NCBI GenBank assembly: GCA_051362555.1
Contig: CM120643.1
Coordinates: 22,262,848-22,326,847, forward strand
DNA length: 64,000 bases
DNA from: Lingula anatina
Lineage: Eukaryota > Animalia > Brachiopoda
Reading direction: 5' to 3'
Shown: positions 43,187-53,657 of the stretch, one piece after another
Layout: each line of letters opens with the position of its first letter
How positions within the stretch are numbered: position 1 is the stretch's first letter
Program-made: the position numbers and the translations under genes
The notes under the pieces: generated by a model
Database searches by the model: none
What the model was told of the DNA's origin: nothing
What the model saw: the letters and a program-made list of their open reading frames with translations, nothing else

Positions 43187-43829
43187 CTGCAAGGAAGAAG
43201 CACATGTATTTAGCCACATTGCACAGAATATATTACATTCGTAATACTGTCAACTGTGACCAGAGAAGAAAGCTAAAGAGTTTCTTCATTGTTACCTCCA
43301 ATTATAAGATCTTGTTTGCAGAGTAGTCTTACAGCATTTTATCTTAAATATCCCAAAAGTTGCAATTTCTGCTGGTGGAAGAAAATGAGAACCTCCCTGT
43401 GCTAACGTCATGTTTCCTGCCATAATTAATCCCTAAATATTTCAAAACTATTTGGGAGCACCATATGAAATCTTAAAGGTTAGCGTTACTACCCGTGCAA
43501 AATACATGGTTGTTATATTCATATTAGAACTGTTTATAAAGTAAAACAAAAAAAAAAAATAGGCGAATACTGAGAGAAATTTGTGAAAGAGATAGATGTG
43601 GGAGAGATCTGTGAATTTCCAACTGCGACCACAAATACTTTTTCGTTGGGTGTGTACCCGTAACACACTGATTCTTTAAAAAAATCGAAATCAAACAAGG
43701 AAATTAATCTCATATCTTATAGGTACCAGCTTATAATCAATGTTGTTCCACCTTGATAAAATGTTGTTTAATACTAGAATAATTATGTATAATCAAGCAT
43801 GCATGACACATAAGTAATCTGCTCACCGT

Positions 43830-44132
43830 TTAGCCGAGCTTGCCGCCGTAGCCGTAGCCGAGTTTGCCGCCGTAGCCGCCATAGACACCATATCCACCGT
43901 ATTTACCACCGAGGCCGCCAAGGAGACCATAACCACCGTAGCCGCCGTAGCCGCCGAGGCCGCCGTAGCCGTAACCACCGTAAAGACCACCGTAGCCTTT
44001 ACCGTAAAGACCGCCGTAGTTGAGACCGAGACCGTTCAGGGCTCCAACACCATAGAGACCGTTGAAAGCGGCAGAGGCCGTCTGCAGGGCAACAAGGCCC
44101 AAGACCAGGATGCAAAGGAACTTAGGTGCCAT
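43830..44132 (-). CDS. Secreted Gly/Tyr-rich structural protein, copy 1 (100 aa; shematrin/keratin-associated-like composition)
   Basis: Signal peptide MAPKFLCILVLGLVALQTASA then GGY/GLY/GYG repeats ending GGKLG; TATA box at ~44194-44201; paralogues nearby. Confidence 0.9.
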   Translation of the reverse strand: MAPKFLCILVLGLVALQTASAAFNGLYGVGALNGLGLNYGGLYGKGYGGLYGGYGYGGLGGYGGYGGYGLLGGLGGKYGGYGVYGGYGGKLGYGYGGKLG

Positions 44133-44164
44133 TTTACGGTATCTCGACTGTTTGAAGAGTCAAA

Positions 44165-44240
44165 AGCAGATGAGTTTCCGTTAGAGCAAGCATCCTTATA
44201 TACCCATTTTCTGTGAAATGATTGATCATGGTCAATTTTA
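44165..44240 (-). promoter_or_regulatory. Core promoter of Gly/Tyr gene copy 1 (TATA, Inr-like TCATC, upstream GATCAATCA)
   Basis: Minus strand TATATAAGGATGCTTGCTCTAACGGAAACTCATCTG with TCA about 30 nt after the TATA; conserved at ~48395-48460 and ~53690-53760. Confidence 0.7.
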
Positions 44241-46946
44241 ATTTTTTTTGGAAACTAAAACCTCTTTGGCACTTTTTCTGCAAACGACATCTCGCTCTCT
44301 TTCAAGATATGATATGAGCATTTATTTGTTGTGCAGTCACCATCTGACAGTTTTTACAGTGTCACATTAATCCATTAAATTTTCGAAACTCAGAAGAAGG
44401 TATGCAACTTCACAGTGGCTACAAAGCAGAGTGTTTGCCACGTCATAATTGGTCGGCGACATCGCACACAGCACCAAAGTGGAATCGTCGTTTTTTGACT
44501 GTGGAGAAACCCCGTACCAAGCACAAGAATTGGTCATTAACTGCATCGTAACTACGTGACAAAGATGTTCAAATAAATATTAATAATTTAAGTTTTAAAA
44601 TTTATCGTCACGCACGTGGGCAAATTATTTTAAGGGCGTACTTTGGGTGGTGGGAAAACCGTCATACCTCCAATTATTTTCCTGAATATTTCAAATTTTT
44701 TCTCTCCCAAGGTGTAGTGCGAAATGGAGGGATGGAGATTAACGTATACTTTTTTTAATTCTTTTTAGACCAGGTTAACGAGCGGTGACTATTATCTGCA
44801 AACAGAGTCAGTAGGTGAAATTTATTTTTGTTTTTATCTTTCACACTTAATGAGAAAAGCAAAAAATATTCAAGTTCGTACGTCATTTTTTATTTAATTA
44901 TTATTTATTTATTTATTCATTTATTTATTTATTTATTTTTTACAGGGTGGGGCGTCAAATCTGCAGTGTGGTGTAATTAGAGCATAAAACCAACAGCACT
45001 AAGGATTTTTTCTTCGATTCAATTGTAAATATTTTCCGCTAACCAAACCAACACCCAATTTACTTTTAAAATTTGATAATGGAAATATAGGAATGCAAAA
45101 AAAGTTTGATTTGTTTGCCATTTTACCAATTTTGTCTGGTCTTTTATAGCGTTACCATAAGATTTTTTTATTGTTTTGATACTATTGTCATGCGAGTTTC
45201 GTGACCGATCATCATCATCATAACGACTTCACCATGCCATGTTGAAAAGTTAGATTGTCTGTAAAAAGAAAAAAATCGAAAAGACATCACGCATCAGAGT
45301 TCTATATATGAAAGAAAAACCCTAATAAACCATGTTTGTCGGGACGATCACAATTTTATAAAATACCAGAAATAGATTATGCGCGCGTGGTGTTGTGCTC
45401 ATGGAGAAGCGTGGATTGTGAATGTTCATGCACTGCAGAGTGCTGCGAAAAGTTCAATGGAGTACACCTTGCAAACCTAAATCATGTTTTTGCTCGTCTT
45501 CATGCCACAGATGAAACTTGCACAAGACTAAGTTTTAAGAAATACTGTAATTAGTGGTAATATATATATGTTTACATTTTCTGTGATTCAATGAATGATT
45601 ACGAGTATTGTTCTGTCCGGATTTGTACTATTGTGTTATTTATTGTGTGGGATATAAATAAACTGTATGTGATAATGCCGACTTTGCGCTTCGGGTGGAT
45701 CGCCACATCAAGGCGCTGAATGAAAAAAAAAATACTCACTTTAGGCTATATTATGCGGCCACCTGGTAGAGAGGCAGGATATACAAGTATGGGCATGGTG
45801 TTTTCCGTTGGCATGTTGACATTTTACCTTTAATTTCATTATGTGAAGAAATATAGTCGTCAAGGCAATTGAATTTTTTGACTGCAATTGATATTCAAAA
45901 GTTTTCTTTATTAAAGTAAAGTGTTCAGTTCACCCCAAAGACGTCTCCCGCCTTCCTCCAGTTGAGGGACAGTGTATAATTCTTATTTTTATGTCTTATG
46001 GAATTTTATTGCCAAAAATACAATGAGAAAATTTCCCTTTCCACAAACATTTCCTTACACCCTCCGTCCATCTGTCTACAGAGTTCCATACTCAAATTTT
46101 CTGGACTGAAAATACATTTTTAAGATTGAACTAGCTTTAAGAAACAATTTGAGAACTAGAATGTCATATGGCAAAAAAGAATTATCACGGACGTTTCGAC
46201 ACCTCTCCCTTTAATGACCAATGTATACCATATCCAAAACTGTTCACAGAATCACGATCCGTAAACCTGTTTTTGATTTCTACGATTCTTTTCTTAAGTA
46301 ACTCACGTAATGGGAATGGAAACACAAAAAATGAGGCGTTTTAACTAGAAAACGGGTTTATAGATTGTAACTCAACTGTTTCAGATAGAGTATACCTTGG
46401 CGAAAAAGTAAATGATACTGAAATTTTCGTTATTCTATTTATTTTTCATATTTTTCCAACATGCTTTGCATGCCTTTAAGTCAGATGAGCTTTTACTGGC
46501 ATTCTTTGCATTTTCATTTTGCGGGATTTTTGTAAAACAAAGTGGAGATGAGGACGAAATGTCATATAATGGGCACAGTGACACTCCTACACACTATAAT
46601 TGTTGACCTTTGTCACAAATGCGCTTTGTTTTTTGTTATAAATTATCATTTAAAACCAAAGGAAGCTTTTATATGATATCAAAATGGAGAATTATGTCAC
46701 TTATAAGCACTTAATTGCTCGAATCTACAATGTGCCAAACATTTATATTGACTTAGTTGTTAAAAGATGAGATTCCGCGCAGAATATCAAAAACTCGAAT
46801 ATGAATATGAGATTTTGCGTGTACCAAACAATAGCCAACAAACAACTTATAAAACGCGTCTAGAAACAATAATAACAAAAGCCAATGGTGAGGTTGACAT
46901 TGGCCACTAACGAAAAAGTATGAAAAAGGATTATCTAGACATCTTT

Positions 46947-47133
46947 AAGCCCCTGTTTAACTTGAGTTGCGACCACTTGGCGAACGTTTTTTTTCCCCAC
47001 TTTCAAAAAATATGTAACAATGTTCATTAATACTAATGTACGGATTGGATGTTGACCATCAAATATTGCCAAAACTCAACTTTGAAAGGAGGTCCCGGTG
47101 AGAGTGGTCGCAACACCGGCGTGACAAGGGCTT
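46947..47133. mobile_element. Degenerate Harbinger-like MITE
   Basis: aagcccctgt...gttgcgaccact pairs with agtggtcgcaac...gacaagggctt. Confidence 0.45.
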
Positions 47134-47209
47134 GGTCTAATTTAGTTGACGACTTTTTTGCGGCGAAGAGACAAGAGCATTATTACAATTGGTGAACAAG
47201 AGAACAGAG

Positions 47210-47606
47210 AGAAATTGTTAGGTAGCAACCGTTTATTTAAAATGCGTAAACATCACAAATTGATGTTAGATATTGTCAGAAAATCGGCGTCTGAAAGTGC
47301 ATCAATAACAATGTGCCAGTAGATGGCGTGGTAACTGACATTGTGACCATACTAAGACTGGCATCACTCGTGTTCACTGTTGCTCATTTTCATTCACTTG
47401 TGAGCACGAATGACCCATGCGTCTGTCTTCTTTTAAGACTTGCTAGAACTGAGTCCAATGCAGTCTTCCAATGTAGTTACTGTTGTGGTCGCTGTGTTTT
47501 GCTTGAGGTCTATTATCTGCTGTGTAGAAAGTTTTTCTTTTTTCTTTTCAGTGTTCGTTACGGTTTATGCTACCAAGCGTCTTCGATGGATGGATCGTTG
47601 CAAAAT
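47210..47606 (-). other. Non-coding 3' exon of Gly/Tyr-rich gene copy 2
   Basis: Acceptor cttctctcttgcag| at 47607, AATAAA at 47237-47232, homologous to the copy 1 and 4 3' exons. Confidence 0.7.
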
Positions 47607-48146
47607 CTGCAAGAGAGAAGTACATTTCTTAATCCATGTTCACAGATTGTAAACAGACTGGAAGTGAAATAGTTTCTTAATGTTTTTTGGGACAGAGAAA
47701 AGAAAAAAATTGCGTCTGTAACTTATAATATGCAATAATTCCTAGCACTATAATTTGCGCGATTTTTCCCGTAACTACAAAATATACAAAGCCTCTTTTG
47801 AACATTATCCCGTGACACTTTCAAGAAAGAAATTACTACCAATCCAAAAGGCATCCTTATATCTACGATTGCAATGTGTCAAAAAGTGTATTTCATGTGG
47901 ATAAAAATTAAAATACCCGGCACAAGAGAAAGTTGTGCACTGTTAACTTTCCCCGCAATTATTCTATATCTGCGGGACACCTTATATCCACCTATTTTTA
48001 AAGAATATAAAACTGGCAATGGAATTTATCCCATTTTATATAGAAATATTTTTGTTTCCTACTTTGATCACAATAACATTAACATACTGAGAAAGTTCTT
48101 GAAATCTAGTCACACATACTTATATCATAAGTAATACACTCACCGC

Positions 48147-48359
48147 TTAGCCGATGAACTTGCCACCGTAGCCGCCATAGAGACCGTAACCCCCGAATCT
48201 ACCACCGTAGCCGCCGTAGCCGAAGCCTCCGTAGCCGTAAAGACCGCCGTAGCCTGCACCGTAAAGGCCGAGACCGTTCAGTCCGTAGAAGCCGGCGGCG
48301 GACACCATCTGCAGGGCAATAAGGCCCAGGATCAGGATGCAAAGGAACTTAGGTGCCAT
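48147..48359 (-). CDS. Secreted Gly/Tyr-rich structural protein, copy 2 (70 aa)
   Basis: True start is the ATG at 48359 (same 5' UTR and TATA as the other copies): MAPKFLCILILGLIALQMVSAAGFYGLNGLGLYGAGYGG...GGKFIG*. Confidence 0.9.
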   Translation of the reverse strand: MAPKFLCILILGLIALQMVSAAGFYGLNGLGLYGAGYGGLYGYGGFGYGGYGGRFGGYGLYGGYGGKFIG

Positions 48360-49163
48360 TTTACGGTGTCTCGACTGTTTTGAAGAGTCAAAAGCAGATG
48401 AGTTGCCGTTAGAGCAAGCACCCTTATATACAATTTTTCCGTAAAATGATTGATCACGTCCAAGTTGGCGTGAAACTGACTTTTTACCCCCAAATATCAA
48501 CTCTGTCTTATTAAGAATATTTGTTTATCATCATCACTCTCATCCTTTATCAGGCGTTTACGGTGTCAAATAAATTCATTAAATGTGAGAAAACTCATGA
48601 GATCCTGTGCAGCTGCAACGTCGTAAGCGGTCAGTGAGATCGCGCACAGTACCACCGTAAGCATAACTGTTTTGACGGAGGAGACACTCCGTGCAAAGTA
48701 CTTGTCTTGACCATTAACAATGTGATGTATGGTCACATACACTGTGTGCGCAATTTTCGTAATCTCATTCCTGAAATTTAACGTTATAGGCCACCGCACG
48801 TGATGGGCAGGGGCCCATGCTGGGCATTTTGCACGTGAAATATGAAGGTAAATACCTAAGGGAGAAAAGAGGTCCAGAATTTGTTCTCCGAATTTATTTT
48901 TTTCTTTCTTGTTAACAAAAAATATTCGTCACATAATGTGAAAAATAATGACTGACTAAACTAAATTTAGGTTGATGACTGCCCAACAAATAAATCTCCC
49001 TGATTTGTTTTGAAAGTAACTGATTCGTTCGTCGGAAAAAAAATTCTTATTTAGTAACTTAGACATGATCAATCTTTTCACGGCAGAGTGTGTGTGAGAA
49101 CGCCTGCCCAAACGCCATAACTGTTTTTGATTCTTCAAACAGTCGAGCTACCGTACCGCAAAA

Positions 49164-49367
49164 GTGGCTCTTGAGTTCCTTTGCCTCTTGTTGTCTCTGC
49201 AGATGGTGTCGCCCGCTTTTAACGGTCTACAAGGCGTTGGATCTTGCCACAACCGTGGCTTCAACTACGGCCTGTACCGGAGGGGCTACGGGGGTATACG
49301 ACGGTTACGGCTACGGCGGCAAATTTGGCGGTTACGGTGGCATCGGAGGTTACAAGGGCTGGGTTAA
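49164..49367 (+). pseudogene. Inverted degenerate Gly/Tyr-rich gene, copy 3
   Basis: Homologous 5' UTR (tttgattcttcaaacagtcgag), ATG changed to GTG, deletion in the signal peptide, TATA replaced by tgtgtgaga, two frameshifts in the GGY repeats; retains TAA and a downstream CG|GTGAG donor. Confidence 0.75.
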
Positions 49368-49513
49368 ATTCAACACGGTGAGAGTGTTTTAATTGCAATC
49401 ATGTTCCATTATGTTTTATGTCATAAGTCAATCTTATTCTGATCAAAGTTGAAAGTATTCAACAAAAGTAAAGGACTCTTAAAAAAGTTCATTAGTCTGG
49501 TATATATACATGA

Positions 49514-49738
49514 ATTTTTGAATTAATAGTATCGCAGACTGCTTTTTTTTTACCAAGTATTCAATTACCAGTTTTCCTATGAATAGGAAAATTCATTCAT
49601 AGGGAAACTGGTCATTGATTACTTCTCAGCGCAAGATCATCAGCGCATGACCAGTTTGTCCTGAGCTAGAAGGCTTTTGAGTAGAGCTGAAAATTTATCG
49701 GTAAAAAAAGCAGTCTGTGATACTATTAATTCAAAAAT
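49514..49738. mobile_element. Inverted-repeat element with internal hairpin
   Basis: atttttgaattaatagtatcgcagactgctttttttttacc pairs with ggtaaaaaaagcagtctgtgatactattaattcaaaaat. Confidence 0.6.
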
Positions 49739-51969
49739 ACAAAAGTAAAGGACTTTTTTCTATATGATCTGGGACCCATTTCATTGGCAGATTTACGATG
49801 TGTTCACAATTAAATTATCGTAATTGGTAGATCGATCCAACTCTGCAAAGGCACTCGTTGCTGAGGGAGGCATACAACAATAAAACTATTATATTTATAT
49901 CAGACAATCTCTCTTAGTCGACGTAACGGGGGGATGTGGGCTACAAGGCTTTTCAAAGATTGTTATTGTTGGTAAAAAGATTGGTCACTCACTTTGTTTT
50001 CCAATGTTTTCTTTATCCATTTTCTGTATCCAGTTTTTAATTACCCTCTACCAGGGTGATATTTACAGATTTTTTTCTCCGGCAATTCACTAGCTGTGCA
50101 CATTTAGCGAATATCCCCTTCCAACCCCCCCCCCCCCCCCCAAAAAAAAAAAAAAAAACGCAAATGACATGTTATCACCCAACTTTTGTCTGTGTTCACT
50201 CAGTGTCACCTTCTCCGTTGCCGAATGTTGACATGCTAATTTCGACTTCTTTCTATATTTTCTGACAAAGATTAACACCAACTCATCAAAATTAAAATTT
50301 GAATGAGGGGGGGGGGGGGGGAGAGAGAAGAAGGTTAAAGTTCTCAAAGCCATGGGTGTGGCGCGGCGTGACTGGAACATTCCGTCATATTATCAGACTG
50401 GCACACTTACATGTAGGTTGTAGGCTACTTACAGAATAAAAAGTCCTGTCCCAGTAGAATAGCATTCTTAAACCAAGTTTTTTTTTATATGAGATTATGA
50501 AAAAGTATAAACACATAAGAAGTTACAAGTACATAGGACAAAAATGAATACAAGAGAGGCATTGCCATATAGGAACGGTCGAGGCAAATAATCATTATAT
50601 CCTTCAAAATTATACACTATTTTTATTTCTTAATTGGGTGAGTGGGCACTTTCTCACTCAATGGCAATTCAAACGATAATGCATCTTATGGCGCATACTG
50701 AGTAAAAAAAAAACAATTCCTTCATTTGTTTGACAAGCTGAGAAATAAACGCATCCCGTTTTGAGACCAATGATTTACTCAACATTAACGGCCTCGCAGC
50801 TACAAGCCATTTATGGTTTTTATTTCGATTACTTATTAACTTCACACGAAATACTGAATTGGAGTGGCATGTTAGGTTACTTTTTCCGAAAATACTTGCA
50901 ATCTACTTACTGGAATCTCTTGTGCTGAGTGCACTTTAGATCATATTCATGACTCGGCAGATAGTGATGCCTTACATCACTCATTCTCTTTAGCTTGAAT
51001 ACCGCTGCAGCGGCCTGTGTGATTTTTTTCTTGGAAAATCAACAATGAGTCTGATAAACTGAACTATCTTAACTTTTAACCGCATTCAAAAGAATGAAAA
51101 TCACTCAAACTTGTAACATTGTGCCTAAGTTTTTGCAACACTTTAATTCCTTTTTTAGAAACTATTGTCTGCATGGCGGATCTAACTGTACGCATATTTT
51201 ATACAGTTTCATTATCAATAATTTCTTTTAATAACATCAACATTCGTTTGTTTTATTATCAATCAAGTCTTTGTATAACTTCGATCTGTTGTTTGCTGAT
51301 ATCCCCGCCAATTTTCTTTCACTAACCTACTACAGCTTTATTGACTATCTGCTAAAATGTGCTTAATGTACACGCTCGCATGCGTAAGAGAGACAGAGAG
51401 AGAGAAAGAGAGAGAGACAGGAGTGGGAGAAAAAGCATATATTCTTTTTTGGCTTGGCTTTTTGGTTTGGCTTGGGCTATTTACATGCATACTCGTTCCT
51501 GGCAGTTTCACATTTAGAAAAAAATGCAATTTTTGAGATAAGGATCACAATTATTTTTTAAAAGGAATGCATCTTGCCACTTAAGATAAGAACAGGTCTG
51601 TTTACATCAAAAGGGAGAATTTCGTGATTGTTAAGTCTTATGTGTCTTAAGAACCCAATGTTTTGAATATTAAAACTAGATTAATGGCTACAAACGTACA
51701 AGATCAGGCAAGGCTGCACAAAATGGGGAGAGAAGGCGTTTCATTTGAACCGAACCAATTTCAGCAAACAATTTATTAGATGCGTGTGAACAAAGATGCG
51801 TTTGGGGAGGATATGGGATGTGGTGAGATCGATATTGTTTAATACAGAAAGTATACGGAGACATGATACAAATCCGTTTTGATAAACAGTTTTACGCGTT
51901 AAAATGAAGAACAAAATTGTACATTTTTTAACATAATGATTAAATAATATTTATACAGACAAGTGAAAG

Positions 51970-52357
51970 GAAAAGCAATTGTGGTAGCAACAGTTTATTA
52001 GGACTTCGTAGACATCGCATACAAATGAGAGTTTGTTCTGAGTAACTACGTTTGAAAAGTTCCTATAGATGACTTGACAATTGATATCCTGGCTATGAAA
52101 AGGTTGACAACACTTATGTTCACCGTTCTTAATGTTTATTCACAGGGATGTATGCAAAGAGTAAAACCGTCGTCCATTTGCATATGGTTCTTTGTGTCTT
52201 CACCTGAGTCTGGAGAGAACGGAATATCCCGAGTTACTGTCTGAAACTGCATTCCAACGTAGCCACTGCTGTACTTGTAGTGTAATGTCAGAAGTCTTGC
52301 TTTTCCGTCTGAAGCTCCTGCTACCAAGTGCCTCTGGTGGACCAATCGTTGAGGAAT
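51970..52357 (-). other. Non-coding 3' exon of Gly/Tyr-rich gene copy 4
   Basis: Acceptor ttctctcctgtag| at 52358, AATAAA at 51999-51994, shared cttggtagca motif. Confidence 0.65.
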
Positions 52358-53035
52358 CTACAGGAGAGAATTGCATTTGCTTATACAGATGATCAAATTG
52401 GAAAAGAAAACCAAGGAGAAGAGTACTTACCCCTACCCTCTACCAGGGCCACAGATTGAGTTTTCACCAGATATTCACAGATATGTCACTAGTAAATCTA
52501 TGACACTTCTCTGCACTGTGTGTTTAAGAGTACTCATAATCTGGTAGATGATAATTTACCCTCTCTCCCTCCAAATAATATTTCGTTTGCACGGCATCAT
52601 GAATATGAATTGTCATTTTAATCATACCCAAGGCCTTTCAGCGTGTTTTGAGTAAAGACAAAAACTCTTACCGTAAGCGCCCTTATCATATGAACTTTTA
52701 CATTTTTCATTTACATCATTTATTTCTTAATTAGATATATTAAATGTACCCTGAACAATCATTGGTGAAGCTTTAAAGATTGAAATTGCTGCCGATCCAA
52801 AATGTATACGTGTACGAGAATGTCTATGATGTCTATCTTTATTTTTACAATGTAACAAGGGTTGAAATATTATAAGAGACATACTTGCACTACCATTTGC
52901 AGCCCCTCCCCTCAAACATTTTCCTGGAAGCTGCACATTTTTGACCCACCATTTTGTAGAGAGTCTATATAAGCCAATAAAATTTACCCTCTTCCACAAA
53001 ACCAAAACATATTGACCACAAATTTAAACCTTTCA

Positions 53036-53076
<41 letters not shown>

Positions 53077-53154
53077 CATAAGTTTGAATTTTCACTTCCT
53101 ACGCGGAATTTAAGCTTTACCTCACAAGGCTTTATTTATTTATTTATTTATTTA

Positions 53155-53163
<9 letters not shown>

Positions 53164-53202
<39 letters not shown>
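53164..53202. repeat. (GT)n microsatellite
   Basis: Read directly; lies in the 3' UTR intron of copy 4. Confidence 0.95.
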
Positions 53203-53204
<2 letters not shown>

Positions 53205-53402
53205 GAGAGGTTGACAAAGTGTCATGTTTTTTCTCATTTAGCCTGCTATACAGATTTGAGGGAGGGGGAAGGAGACGTAGGAGGGGTATATCCAAGACTA
53301 ATGGGGTGGGCATGTGGTCCAATGCCTCCCTCCACCCCATCCCTCCCTCTTGAAAGCTATCATAATCGCACAAACTCACATTATAAGGAGTATACTCACC
53401 GT

Positions 53403-53657
53403 TTAGCCGAGTTTACCGCCGTAGCCGTAGGGGTAAGCAGCGTAGCCGCCATAGCCCCCATATTTACCACCGTAACCGTAGCCGCCGTAACCGCCGTAGC
53501 CGCCGTAGCCGCCGTAGCCGTAACCACCGTAGCCGTAAAGACCCTTGCCGTAAAGACCCCTACCGTAAAGGGCTCCAACGCCGTAGTAACCGGCGGCAGA
53601 CACCATCTGAAGGGCGACAAGGCCCAAGAACAGGAGGCAAAGGAACTTGGTAGCCAT
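53403..53657 (-). CDS. Secreted Gly/Tyr-rich structural protein, copy 4 (84 aa)
   Basis: MATKFLCLLFLGLVALQMVSAAGYYGVGALYGRGLYGKGLYGYGGYGYGG...YPYGYGGKLG*; TATA at ~53722-53728. Confidence 0.9.
   Translation of the reverse strand: MATKFLCLLFLGLVALQMVSAAGYYGVGALYGRGLYGKGLYGYGGYGYGGYGGYGGYGGYGYGGKYGGYGGYAAYPYGYGGKLG

Noticed and set aside
48360-48500. N-terminal extension of the 117-aa ORF
   Set aside because: It spans the TATA box and 5' UTR conserved in the paralogues; the real start is ATG 48359.
52318-53657. 3' UTR motif CTTGGTAGC is complementary to GCTACCAAG just after the copy 4 start codon
   Set aside because: Only 9 nt, and copies 1 and 2 keep the UTR motif but lack the complementary start sequence.
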